64,000 bases of DNA from Takakia lepidozioides (taxonomy: Eukaryota > Plantae > Bryophyta): NCBI GenBank assembly GCA_030704615.1, contig CM060731.1, forward strand, positions 92,814,001 to 92,878,000. The letters run 5' to 3'. The translations under genes were made by a program, and so were the position numbers. Shown one piece after another: positions 1 through 12,888 of this stretch (the stretch's first letter is position 1; every line of letters starts with the position of its first letter). A model generated the notes under the pieces. That model saw only the letters and a list, made by a program, of their open reading frames with translations, made no database searches and was not told where the DNA came from.

Positions 1-699
1 TCGATAGTATCTTACCTCGGTATTCTACATTTCACGGATGATACAACCCTGACATGGGCTTCAGTAGGCACTCTTTGAAATTCGAAGACAACCTTATTTA
101 TCTACCATTGCTCATGATCTCCTTTTCCCTTCTTGGTTTGTCACACTTACATACTTTCTGACCTTTGCCTTTTTTGGGATTTCCGGGTTTGCAGTTGCAA
201 TCTGCATCACTCGTCGACTCCCAACCCGCGTGACGCCTATCACTCCTATATTCTCTCTGCACCTCCAGGTAAGCCATACTAGCGGCGTCAACCCCTGACA
301 AAGGTAGCTTTTGTCCCTTTTTGTTCCGCTCAAACTGGGCGCGGGGTCAATGGCCACAAGGCTACGGCAAACAACGTCTTATGAGTACATTCTCACCTCC
401 ATCATGTAACAAATGGTCATGCAATGGCGTCACACAGCAATACATATCTGTAAAAGGGAGAAGAGTAAGAGAAGAAAGCAAATCTATATTCTTAGCGTAC
501 GCAGATATGGTGGACCCTGCTGCAGTGCCACATGCCATCTAAAAATATGCCGAGTCCCTGCCACAACGCATCACAGTACACACCATATAGCATTTTCTCA
601 CATGAATGAATGATGTATCTTCTACCTCCGTAACTTTTGCTGGACTTCCAACGTCCTTCTTCTTTTCTTCGCTTTTCTTGTATGATGACTATCAAAGGT

Positions 700-1420
700 T
701 CACTCAACCAGCTAACATGCAGAATTCAACATGAAAATTTAGGGCCGATTCTGATAAGAGGGAAAAATAGGGTGAAATGTGTTGAAGAAGGTGCCTTCAT
801 TAGCAGTGCCTGATTTTATCAAGTGTGCCGCTGCTGCTGCAGCTTCCAGTTGACCATCTTCATCTCTCTTATCTGTTTTCGGGTACTTTCCTGCTGCCAC
901 ATCGGCAGTAACTTGCAAAGTCACTCCAAAACCTCTCCAAAACACCACAGATCCACCCAACGAGCTAACTTACAAAATCCAATATGGAAATTCAGGGCCG
1001 AGTCTGATGAGAAGCAAAATAGGCTGAAATAGGTCGAAGAAGAGGTTGCCCTCACCACATTGTCCTCGACCTTGTGTCATGACCCATGGAGGATTTGACA
1101 CCATGAACCCAAGAGGACCTCTTGTGTTTGTGTCTGTGGTCAAGTAATGTCGGATTGGTCTGTGAGAACCACCATGGTGCAGCTGAGCGGGCAGAGATTG
1201 AAACACGGCCTGCTAAGACCAAGCCGACTCTCCAAGAACCTTGTAAACATCAGTAAGAATACCAAATCATGGTACTAACAGGAGCCGAGAGCCCACGTTT
1301 GCAGGATGGACAAACTTCTTCACATCGTACATTAAGAAAAACCCACACCTTGCGATTGCGGTTGTCCCACCATCGTGAAGGATCTTTGCGAAACTCATGC
1401 CAGCTCTGCTCCGTGGCTCC
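700..1420. repeat. Segment re-occurring as 2-3 rearranged copies inside the CACTA element (about 8400-9670)
   Basis: Blocks such as agggccgagtctgatgaga...ggctgaaataggtcgaagaaga (near 993, 8764, 9169) and ccatcgtgaaggatct (near 1369, 9114, 9555) are shared. Confidence 0.85.
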
Positions 1421-1453
1421 AAGATAGAGGTTTGTGCTCGATAGCATCAACAT
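1345..1453 (-). pseudogene. Exon fragment resembling the PDF motif of plant organellar ssDNA-binding (OSB-type) proteins
   Basis: Translation EQSWHEFRKDPSRWWDNRNRK resembles the W..F..P..WWDNR..K motif and ends at a possible GT donor (AAG|GTGTGG). No complete gene is visible. Confidence 0.4.
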
Positions 1454-3994
1454 TTTGACAAGGTCCTTTACTGAGGGGTGCTAGTGAGCTTCAGTAAGCA
1501 TCATGTCATCATAGGATCCAATGGCCTGCCTGCTATGACCTCCACAATTTGCAGCAAGCTAAAAACAAGAACTACTTCATGCAGCATTCCAACATAAATT
1601 CTCTGGACACTGCACTGAGCCCGAAACCCTGACTACTCAACAGCCTTTCTTCTTGACTGACCAGAGCATCCCCTCGATCGCCACCCTAGTTAGGCTCTCT
1701 GAGTAGAAGAGTGACAGTGAGAGCGTTCTTGAAAAGTATCGAATGAAATAGGTGGATGAAATCATCCAAATCCTTGCATGTAATGAAATCATCCAAAATA
1801 ATCAAAATTCATTCATGTAATGAAATCATCCATCAATGGATTTTCATAAGAGTCATGCAAATGACCTTATCTTGGTCAAATGGAGTTGACTATACCAATC
1901 TAAAAATTTAGAGTCATATGCATTATTGTTTAGAGTCATGTGCGTGACACATGATCACGACTCTATTCCAGTCAAATGACGTTGACCGGGATAGAGGCAT
2001 ATACACGACCCTTTTTGGTCATTTTTGGTCATATCCATGACATTATTGAACCATGACGACATCGAGTCATGGTTTGAGTCATGAAAACCATGACTATCAA
2101 AAAGTGAAAAAAAAACCATGATTTGGCGTAGTGGCATGTGGGTCTGGGTGGTAAGGGGGAAGAGGTGGAGGAGAATGGGCATATGGTTGCTCTGGGTACC
2201 ACCTGGAGGGGGCCTGTACTGGATGTGCGGGTTGTAAGGGTCCGCAGCGCCATACTGATCGGGGGTGGGGTAGGCATGTGGGTAATGTGTGTACGGAGGG
2301 TACTGTGGAATAGGTCGTGGAGGTGGTTGTTTGGCGCCTGGGGACTTGTTTTTAGCAGGGGTGACTTGTTTCAACAACCCCCGCCCCGATGGACTGCCCA
2401 CCACAGCTGTAGTGCCTTCGATGGAAGCTCATCTTCCTCGCCTGTACACAATAAAAACCCATTCAATCATTAAAGTCATTCAAAGCATTCAAATGAAATC
2501 ATTTAAACTTGAAAGAAACGCCTTGCATTTGCCATTTTAATGCTCTGATTGTACTCATCCTACTATGAGGAGCTCCTCACATTTTTTTTAAAAAACCCTA
2601 ATGAGAAGCCCCTGCAATGCTTTGTCTGACAACCCCAAACTAAAGTAGTCCGGTCAGTCGAGCACTCTGGTTGAGCAAAAATGCTCTCCTGCGAGACAGC
2701 GGCCACAACACTAGGGTGAGCCGCCCGTCAGTGAACTCACAGTGGGTGCGAACCAAACAACTCCGCCTCAACCTTTTTGTTGCGAGCAATGCAGCTCTCC
2801 CTTAGCTTCTCATACGCAGTCAGGGGACCGCACAGGGAGGGCCTGACCATGGCAGTCTGACATCAGCTGGAAAGACCCTTGCACACCCCCTATATAAGTA
2901 CAATGTATAGAACGAGAGCGGGGTTTCGGCTGACAGCTCAATGACTCCGTGTGCGCAGGAAAGATGAGAAACTGTGGCGACTAGAGGAGGCGCATGCCAT
3001 TGCACATTGGCAAAGCAAAATATTGGGCAGCTGCAGAGTCTGTCATGGAGGCATCCCACAGTTTCTACAGATGGCCAAAAAGCACCTACCGAAGTATGGC
3101 AGGGACCCAAACCTTCGACAGTGTACAGTCCCGGTGCGCCTTGCATGATGCACACACTCTGACATGCTCGTAGCACGCCCGTGCATGTCCGCATTTTTTT
3201 CGCTGTTTTTTTAATCTTCTCCAGTCATGGGAGTGACTGGAGTCTGAATTACATGTCGTTCTTCCGTTGGATGTATTGGAGTCATGGAGTCGTAGTGATG
3301 GAGTCATGTAGTCGGGAGTGCATCAGAGTAGTCATGTCCATGACTTCATGACCGCGGATGATGGACATATTAACTACGTGGCGTTCTTCCGTTGGTTCTA
3401 CTGGAGTCATGTAGTCAGGGCCATGGCTACATGGTCGCGGTTGACTGCCATGTGTCAAGCCTTCACGCATTTTGGACTTTTGGCAGTTTGTTGCCATGTG
3501 TCATGCCTTCAACGCACTGCCCACTTGGGCATATTTGATGAGAGCTTTCACTTTGTCGGTACTGTGCAGATAGGTGTCTGTGTGTGGGGATGTCTCTCTC
3601 TATCATAGAGGGTATGTTTGCTTTGTTTTCCGCTCAAAACTGAGTTCCTACCTTGCCGTATTATACATGAGTAGTTCTCGTTCTTCTTTGTATCTGAGCT
3701 CCACAAGCTGCTTCGAAATCAAGTCTGTGGCTTCACAATTTCGTCTCCTGTTTTGCAAGTGCGGAGGAGACTTGCAGCATTCACCTGTACTGAACTAGTG
3801 CAATTGCTCAAAGTGCTTGCTTACAGTAGATTGTTTAAATGAAATTTCGCTGTTTGGGAGTTTTGAAAGATGCGTGTTCATCAGAAGACAATTGTGATTT
3901 CATTTGAGTTGACAGGGCTACATTACATCCAACGATGAAGGGAGGCTGAATCTAGTGTAGAGAGTGTTGCGAACGACAACAATTTGGAGGGAGA

Positions 3995-5140
3995 AGCCGG
4001 AAATGGGCTACGGCACCGCATTTCCGTTCCACTGTTAGATACCTTACTTGTTGGACGGAAATGCGGCGCCGCATTTTCGTTCTGGAAAGTAAAAAGGTTT
4101 CCCCCAGGCGTGAATGAGGTGTCGTATTTCCGTTGCACTGTTTGATTAGTACATGCACAACGGAAATACGGTGCCGCATTTCCGTTGCACAGTTATAGGC
4201 CATACATGTTGGACGGAAATGCGTCACCGCATTTCCGTTTTGGAAAATACAAAGGTACACCTCGGACGGAAATGTGGTGCCGCATTTCCGTCCAACTGTT
4301 ACTTGCCTTACTAGTTGGTCGGAAATGCGGCTCCGCATTTCCGTCCAGTAAAGTACAAAGGTACACCGCTTCCACAGTCACAAGGTTTACATGTTAGACG
4401 GAAATGCGGCGCCGCATTTCCGTTCAAGACGATACAAAGGTAGACTTCGGACGGAAATACGGTGCCGTATTTCCGTCCAAATGTTACATGCCTTACTTGT
4501 TGGACGGAAATGCAGCACATCAGTTCTTGTTGTGCCTCAGTTCTTGTTGTTCTCCTTGTGTTGTCATCCTTGTCTGCCTGAAGTCTGCAAGGTTTTCAAT
4601 CAAACTTACGTCCAGTTCACCATAAACATGTGATTTCTTATTGTCCTACTATTTCTTACTGTCTTACTGTTTCACAATTTCGAAACATCGGGGACGGAAT
4701 GCGGCACCGCATTTCCGTTCAACCATGTGCCCGATGGTACAGAGGACCAAAATGCTCCACCGCATTTCCGTTCAACCATGTGCCCGGTGCTACACATGAC
4801 CGAAATGCGCCACCACATTTCCGTTCAACTATGTTCCAGGTGGTACAGTGGACAGAAACGCGGCACCGCATTTCCGTTCCTGCCTATCGAAGGTGTCCCC
4901 GTGGACGGAAAAACGGTGTCACTTTTCGGTTCCACTATGTCTTCCTTGTCCCATTCGACCGAAATGCGATACCGTTCCACCATGTGCCTGCAGGTACAGT
5001 GGACGGAAGTGCGGTACCGCATTTCCGTTCCAGCACTAATTTGGTTTCCCCGTTGACTGAAATGCGGTGGCGCATTTCCAATCACAATCAGCGAGAGGAC
5101 GACGTCGAACGGGAATGCGGCGCCGCATTTCCGTTCCGTG
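3995..5140. repeat. Array of 22-bp palindromes GGAAATGCGGCGCCGCATTTCC (family A) upstream of a transposase
   Basis: Many exact or degenerate copies, e.g. near 4057, 4400 and 5112, spaced roughly 50-100 bp apart. Confidence 0.9.
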
Positions 5141-5527
5141 ATGTGCACTGGGATGCATTGTTCCGAAACAACACAATTGCGGCATGTCTTTATGAGCACA
5201 ACTTGGTTGTCTAACCGTTTTAACTGACAGTCCTGGCACTTGTCAATGCAAACGTTCATGTCTGCATTGAGAATATTGCAGGATCCACCTTTAGGAAAAA
5301 CTGTCAGGAGATGTTATTTCCTGGCCAAAATGGCCATGATTGTCATACATACAGGATATGGAATCGGAGCTTCCACCTTTCATGCATGTATCTTGAAACA
5401 TTCTTCTCCACTTCAATGTGCGACTTCCAATCATCGATGGCCTGCGCAGTTCCAATTACGTGGTGCCTGTAAGCCTTGGTCTGTCGCTATAGGGAACCTC
5501 GCACTTGCCAACTTCGTGCGGTGTTCG

Positions 5528-6614
5528 ATGGCTCCCAATTCCTACGCTATAGTTTGCTGTCCTCCGCAACTTGGGAGAGCTAGGATCCCAAACGAGGGAG
5601 GACTTTGCAGAGTGACTGAAACTTACCTTTGTTCCAAATTCAAGCTCAAACCGGGCACAATTTATTTGGATGAAGAAAGGAAGGATGTTCCTGGACAGGT
5701 TGATGAGACCATTGTCGTGCTAGGTAACGACGGAGGTTGCAGAATCGAGTGGCACGTACCCCCATCATACACCATCTTGTACTGCGCTATGGGAATGCCC
5801 ATTCCCTTTCCAAATCAGTCGCTTCCCACACCATCCACAAAGGAGTCGGGAAACCGACAGGCAGCCACTGCCAACAGAGAGGTATGCAACGATAATCATT
5901 CCCGACCTGGACCGTCAAGACCCTCCGTAGCTTCTCGTGTGGAGGTATTCGACATTTCCGACGAGGAAGATGAGTGCATTGAGGTCCCCATGTCCTCCAC
6001 ACGGTCGTTCAAATCCAACATGGACGTCTTTGCAGGTGCTACGTATGTACCCCCGAGCATAACTCCAACCCGCTCCATTGTGCAGCTCCTACGGCAACAT
6101 CACCTCGATGGTTCTCGCTCCGAGCTTGTTGCTCTCGACTATGCTAAATTTCCAGTCAGGAAGGTAACGTATCTGCCTCCCAAAGTTGATGGTAATGTGA
6201 TCTTTAAGTTTCCACCTGTTACTTCGTCAAACAAAGCACCAGGGATGTTAACAGACATGGATCGAAAGCATGACGGACACCCCTGGTGTGCGACGAAGAC
6301 CAGTAGCACGAAAATTGCTGATGGTGTTTGTGTCTTCTGTGCGGGGAAGCTGAGGTGCCTCAATCTCACCTGCTTCCATTTTCTCTCCAAAGGAGGGTGG
6401 AGAAACAAGACGGACTGGATTGGCACAACCCATCATCCATTCATTGTCTCCAGCTAGGCTCCAGCGGATACTTTCAAGTGCGCACATTGCAAAGAACCAC
6501 CGACGTGCATGTCCATGTGCATAGCCAAGCAATATTATATAATCCATTTGCTCCCGGACTTGACTAGAGCTTGCATACACGTTGGGGTCCACTGCCACCC
6601 CTTGGCGAGAGGCA
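5528..6614 (+). pseudogene. N-terminal part of a GCM-like domain Mutator-like transposase (family A), truncated by an LTR insertion
   Basis: MAPNSYAIVCCPP...DMDRKHDGHPWC...CAGKLRC...C...CAHCKEPPTC...RACIHVGVHCH is homologous to the 26570 ORF. There is an in-frame stop at 6455-6457 and the ORF is cut at 6615 by TGTTAG. Confidence 0.8.
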
Positions 6615-9600
6615 TGTTAGAGGGCTGTCTGGGACTTAGACAATTTTACGGGTTCTGTGGGGTACCCTTAATTTTGCGCAGACTTACGGATGGTAGACTC
6701 AGACCAACAGAGGCCTTAGGGGTGACAGACATAGGCCTTAGGGGTGGTAGGCAGGCTCACATAGTCAGTCACAGGCTTACACAGCCTATCACAGTCAGTC
6801 ACAGCCTTACACAGCCTAACACAGTCAGTCACAGCCTTACACAGCCTATCACAACCTATCACAGTCTATCACAGCCTGACATAGCCCAACACAGCCAGTC
6901 ACAGTCTGACACGGCCAGTCACAGCCCGACACAGCTTGGCACAGCCCGTCACAACGTTCACGGGGAACGGTTATCATTGGCAGGGAACGACTATGTGGGA
7001 ACGACATCTGCAGAATCAACGTGCATTTTGTCTTGGATGACAGTTAGTTAGTTAGGCGGTTAAAACAGTTTGCAGGTAGAATAGGCAGAGTAACGACATG
7101 GAGGGGGTCACTACTGGGATCACTTCTTGGACATCACTTGAGGAGATCAGGCGGAGAGCACGATCTTAGAGCACAGGGATGGAGATTACACAGACACTAC
7201 AACAGATTGCGGCTTTTACGACTTTGTGTTATGACTGCAAATGCAGTTATGACAGCCATTTACGACTTCATGACTCTACAGTCGTAAAACCCTAGTCAGT
7301 TGTGGCATGGCAGATATGACTCGCCAGCGTGGCTGTGACGTGGCGCCTGAGCAGCTGTGGGGGTAGTCATACACGCTGGCTCTACTGAATGACTGAACGG
7401 GTCCATGTCAGCCGCTGTGTAAGAGAAACACGTGTTCTCTACAGAACACGCCACGTGTCAGACTGCGACGCCATCCCAACTACAGAGGAGGGAATCAGAC
7501 GTCAGCACATGTCGCATCGCGATTTTGACACGTGGTTCCTCATATCAATTGACACGCGTCGCTGTGGGGGGGGGGGGGGTTTGGGGATTTAATTTATTGT
7601 TATTATAATTACAATAATAATAATAATAATTATTATTATTATTACTTTTGACCAACAGGGACAGTGGCACATTATTAAATAACGAATTTTGAAATTATAT
7701 TCTTAGATAACATATTTATTCGCTCAGATACCAAAACACACACTTACGGGGAAGGAGAGTTTGCCTTAGTGCCTATGCTGAATTGCGTCTACTACTCTCT
7801 GTAATCTAACAGGCATTCACCTTTTTTGCCTCTGTTGTCCCACCATTGACTGGGGTCAGAAAAGTTCATTCCACAGCTTCTCCTCATCTCTGTTACCTGT
7901 TTATGGATACTTTCCTATTGTCACTTTGGCAGTATCATGTCAAAGTCACTCCAAACTATCTACCATCTACCCATGACCATCTACCCATGCAGGTTTCTTA
8001 TAGCTATCCTTCCACAAGGAATCATTGGTAATGTGGAGCTTGAAATCCAGCTCTCTTGGATGATCTGGACCCACACTCTATCCTTGCTCCTTCAGCTATC
8101 CATGCCTCTGCACAGATCATGTATATATCCTTGCATTGCTGTTAATAGCTGACAATGACAGCCTACATTTGTTCCAGCAAACACCCAACTCAACTTATCA
8201 CACTAGTTCTTATTCTCAATTGCATCTGTTACTCTCTATAATCCAACAGGCATTTACCTTCTTGCCTCGGTTGTCCCACCATTGACTGGGGTTAGAAAAG
8301 TATTCATTCCACAGCTTCCCCTCATCTCCGTTAACTATTTTTCGATATCTTCCTGTTGTCACATTGGCAGTATCATGTCAAAGTCACTCCAAACTAGATT
8401 CACTCAACAAGCTAACTTGCAGACATTGATATTTAGGGCCGGTTTTGATAAGAGGGAAAAACAGGGTGAAATGTGTTGAAGAAGGTGCCTTTATTAGCAG
8501 TGCCTGATTTTATCAATTGTGCCGCTACATCTGCGGCTTCCAGTTCACCATCTACCCATGCAGGTTTCTTGTATCTATCCTTCCACATGGAATCATAGAT
8601 AATCTGGAGCTTGAAATCTGGCCCTCTTCCACACTCTATCCCTGCTCCTTCGGCTATCTATGCCTCTGCACAAAATCATGCATACAGCAATCATTCCAGC
8701 AAACACCCCCAACCCTACTTATCAATGAGCAACGAGCTAACTCATATAATTCAATATGCATATCAGGGCCGAGTCTGATGAGAGGGAAAAACAGGCTGAA
8801 ATAGGTCGAAGAAGAACCCATAGAGGATTTGACCGACCATCAACCCAAAAGGACCTCTTGTGTGTGCTGCTTGTGTCTTGTAGTCAAGTAATGTCGGATT
8901 GGTCTGTGAGAACCAGCATGGTGCAAATGAGTAGGCAGAGATTGAAACACGGCCTGCTAAGACCAAGCTGACTCTCCCAAGAACCTTGAAACATCAGGAA
9001 GGATACCAAATCATGGTACTAACAGGAGCCAACAGTCCACATTTGCAGGATGGACAAACTTCTTCACATCGTACATTAAGGAAAAGCCACACCTTGCCAT
9101 TGCGGTTGTCGCACCATCGTGAAGGATCTTAAAAATCTCATGTCAGCTCTGCTCCGTGCTGCAAATGAAGGGCCGAGTCTGATGAGAGGGCAAAACAGGC
9201 TGAAATAGGTCGAAGAAGAAGGTGCCCTCACCACATTGTCCTCGACCTTGTGTCATGACCCATGGAGGATTTGACTGACCATGAACCCAAGAGGACCTCT
9301 TGTGTGTGCTACTTGTGTCTGTAGTTAGGTAATGTCGGATTGGTCGGTGAGAACCACCACGGTGCAGCTGAGTGGGCAGAGATTGAAACATGGCCTGCTA
9401 AGACCAAGCTAACTCTCCCAAGAACCTTGTAAACATCAGGAAGAATACCAAATCATGGTACTAACAGGAGCCACCAACCCACATTTGCAAGATGGACAAA
9501 CTTCTTCACATCGTACATTAAGAAAAAGCTACACCTTGCGATTGCGGTTGTCCCACCATCGTGAAGGATCTTTGCGAAACTCATGCCAGCTCTGCTCCGT

Positions 9601-10701
9601 GCTGTAAAATCAGAGCCGAGCGGGTAGAGATTGAAACACGGCCTGCTAAGACGAAGCTGACTCTCCCAAGAACAGCGAGCTCCTAGCCGAAACCTAAGAC
9701 CTGTCACATCACTTGCTTCAAGAGCTCGCAAATTCCAGTTGACTTCTATTTGACTTAATATCATGTATGTTACAAGCTGGGAAAGGTTCTCAAGTTAGAG
9801 GTTCAGAGGTTGCCTGCAGCAGCTAAGCTTGGGAGGTCAACACAAATGTATGACGACTTATACAAGCAAAAAGATGTGCATGGCAGCAGTACAGTTGAAG
9901 CTGGAATGATTCCAGAGATCTTGGAATGTAGATAAGTACTCTACTCTTACTTCGGGAACGATTATGATGGATTCGATGCACTAGTTATAACAATTCCCAA
10001 GAGTAAAGGGCAAAACGAACCTTCAGGAAGGTAGAATCTGCAGAGGGCACGCTCTCGAACATGTCTCCACCGACTAGCTTCACTCCTGCACCCATTACAA
10101 CGCACCCATGGTTACCCCAGAATGCCCTACGTAAATTGAACAATATGAGGAGGTTTTTGGTCACACTCGTAGAATCAAGTTATGATTGTGGTCCAAGCTC
10201 AGCTTCTCTCTCCGCCTCTTCATAACTATTCCAATGGTAATCCTGCTCTGAATACCCGAAGTTCTTTTCGCAAGTAACCTTCTCAGTGTCAATTCAATAG
10301 AACCGGTACATCTGATTCCACTAACGACAATATGTATACACGTTGCGTCATGGATTGTCATTTGTTCGAAGTTCGAACACCCCCTAACTGCAACACCAGA
10401 AGAAGGCCCAGCCTGACTACAGAACATGGTACAGAATTGTTGGACACCAAAGAGGTCCGCAGTCTTCCTACTCATGTTGCAAAGCACAACTGGTGGTCGC
10501 TGAATCCTAGGGATCCTTACCGCATCATTTACTGATTGAGCACATTTTTATTTTATTTTTTGCCTCGCAAGGGAAAGGAAGAGATTTAGTCAATAGAACT
10601 AAGAACCCTCCGAGGAGGAAGACAACAAATTGAGCACATTTCACATCTTCAAATCAGTGAACTTGAAAAACCAAGGGAATACGCGTAGGCGATGGAGATA
10701 C

Positions 10702-11030
10702 CAGGTAAGTGAGGAGCCAGCTCCACAATATGGGGTTGGTCAAAGCTGATGGCTTGAATGCTCGGATACTTTTTCACCAACATTTCCATGCACGCTCCCA
10801 CACCTCCTCCAACGTCTACAATGCTTCCAAGTCCCTTGAACCAACTGTATGTGTTCAGAATATCCTGCATCGATGTGAGAGAAAGCGCCGTCATTGACCC
10901 ATGGAACACTTTTCCATAATGTTGGCCAGCCGCATCCTCCATCCACTCGTAGAAGGATGTGCCATGAACTTTGGCGAAAGCACTTTCTCCCACACATACC
11001 CTAGCGTTTCTAGGGTTGATTGCTTCAGAT
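10702..11030 (-). pseudogene. Captured exon fragment of a plant class II (COMT-like) O-methyltransferase
   Basis: GESAFAKVHG...FHGSM...FKGLGSIVDVGGGVG...KKYPSIQAISFDQPHIVELAPHLPG ends at a GT donor (CCTG|GTATCT), a position where COMT-type genes commonly have an intron. The N-terminus and later exons are absent. Confidence 0.85.
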
Positions 11031-11199
11031 GCGAAGGTTGCTCCAACTGCGGGCCTCCCATGCATGTTTGCCCTCACTCCCGCTCGCTCGCTCTAAGTCC
11101 CAGCCCTCTCTCTCTCTCCCTCCCGCTTGCTCTAAGTTTGTTCACGCTACCGTGATGGGCAACTTTTTAAGTTTTTTAACCTTTTTGTAAACCCTAAAA

Positions 11200-11420
11200 G
11201 CCCCTTTTTGATTTTTTTCCTTTTTGTTCTTTTCTTAAAGGAACCCACAGGCCCTTGAGGAGGGGGGGAAATTCACCCGCCTTCATTTATGGGCCATAAG
11301 ACCTACATGACGATCAATGCCCAGACATACCGTCACGAACAATCCCACACACGGGATAAGGGCAGCGGGTTTGAACCCCAAACCACCAAGGCGACACACT
11401 GTGCCACTTACCAGCCGATG
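11200..11420 (-). mobile_element. Possible tRNA-derived SINE remnant
   Basis: The minus strand has an A-box-like TGGTAAGTGG, a B-box GGTTCAAACCC (11367-11377) about 25 nt downstream, and an A-rich tail near 11205-11235. No TSD was identified. Confidence 0.35.
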
Positions 11421-12171
11421 TGTTTTTTTTTTAAATCTTTTTGCACTTTGTTTTTCTTTTATTATTTTTTAATTCATTCAAGTGGTCAGAGTCTCCGTTT
11501 TTTCAAAATATAAATACTCATATATTATATATATAACCAGAAAAGCATGTGTCGACACGTGCAGTCATGTAGTGATTCATCCATGTGATGATCTAGCAGA
11601 ATGCATTAGAGTGAGAGTCATGAAGTCATATGACTGTCTAGCAATATGTACACGTCATTCCAGTGTAGCCATGACCGTGACTGGTAGTCATATCTGCCAT
11701 GCCAATATTCATGGTCAAACATGTTTGACCTGTGTTGCGCAGAGTCCGGAGCCATACAGTCGCATATACGCCTTCCCTAGACTTGCATTATGACTTCAAA
11801 AGCATTTTACGACTGCAAATGGCATTTCTGCCACAAATCTGTCATGACTGCGCACCCATGGGAGTCATAAAGCCACAATCTGTTGTAGTGAGAGGAGGAG
11901 ATACGACGAGATGATGCTTAGCTGTAGAGATGCACTGTAGAGCATATTAGAGACACTATGGCTTCGGCCTGATACATGATAGATATTAATATGATTCCTA
12001 TTTCATATTCGCGCCGTGTAGAAAGATATGAATGAATGCTTGAGTAGTTGGAACATGGTAGATTGCAGAAGCAATCTGATACTTAATCATAGACAGTAAG
12101 GTAAATTGCTAACATGAATACGAGAAGGAATACAAATAGGAAGCACCCCCATGATACACTAGTTGTAGGTC

Positions 12172-12868
12172 ATGACTGATTGTTCTGAGTGGGCTGAGTA
12201 CTTAGAGATTTCCAACTCTTTTATCTTGGAGTTTTCCACCTCGGATAGCTAAGGGATGGGTGAGTAAAAGCCGCTCGACATTTGGCGACCATACTGGGGA
12301 ACTGAGTCAAGAACAACCAGATGTGACAGGCATCTGGTGGGATCATGGTGGATGGAGAATCAAGGAATTTGATGTGAATCAAATTCCCTGTGAAACTGAG
12401 AAAGAAAGATTGTCTAAACAATTCTTTTAGAGGTTCTTGGAATTGCCAGACGGTTGCAAGGAAAACATTCTTAAGAGAGTGCATGATGCTGATCCAGAGT
12501 GGGGTCTGGAGAAAGGAGTGATAATGATTTATCAAGTGGCTTGTAAAGGGAGAGCTAGATGGTTGCCAACACTGGTTTATGTGATAGCGTTGCTATCCAT
12601 TAAACGAGTGGAGTTTGAAGGCTGGGAGGAACGGAAAGTGAATGTTTTTACTCATATGCATGAAGAGCTTGTACTGGTAAAGAATTGGATTCCTAAGGAT
12701 ATCCTGTGGATCAAGCTTACACCAAGAACAGCTTTTCAGACCTGCTTGCCATATGGTTGTATGGTAACGGAGCCTTCTAGTATAGCCAAGGGTGCATTAA
12801 AGCTTGAAAGAAATCCAGGCATATACGAGAGATACTACAGGAGAGAGTTTTGGTTATTGCCTCATTAA
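12172..12868 (+). pseudogene. 5' extra ORF (ORF0) of the Gypsy family, frameshifted copy
   Basis: Homologous to the open 231-aa ORF at 55325-56020, with a 1-nt insertion near 12232. Confidence 0.65.
12283..12300 (+). promoter_or_regulatory. Primer-binding site, tRNA-Arg-like
   Basis: TGGCGACCATACTGGGGA lies 2 nt after the LTR end; an identical copy is at 55893-55910 on the minus strand. Confidence 0.8.
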
Positions 12869-12888
12869 AGATATGAAGGACATGGGAC

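Larger units (their letters stand above)
7195..11890. mobile_element. Non-autonomous CACTA (Pack-CACTA-like) DNA transposon
   Basis: Left TIR CACTACAACAGATTGCGGC, right end GCCACAATCTGTTGTAGTG, and 3-bp TSD AGA (7192-7194 and 11891-11893). Subterminal ATGAC/GTCAT repeats are present and there is no transposase. Confidence 0.93.
6615..12280 (+). repeat. 5' LTR (about 970 bp net; 6615-7194 plus 11894-12280) interrupted by the CACTA element
   Basis: Starts TGTTAGAGGGCTGTCTGGGACTTAG and ends AAAAGCCGCTCGACA, matching LTRs at 54179-55085, 55913-56860 and 62423-63056. It is followed by a PBS. Confidence 0.92.

Noticed and set aside
1955-2404. Pro/Tyr-rich 149-aa ORF
   Set aside because: Low complexity, no recognisable domain, and it runs into a motif-repeat region.
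10649-11077. Functional O-methyltransferase gene, or a partner of the ParB-MTase system
   Set aside because: It is only one partial exon inside a CACTA element, and a small-molecule OMT unrelated to the DNA MTase fold gene.
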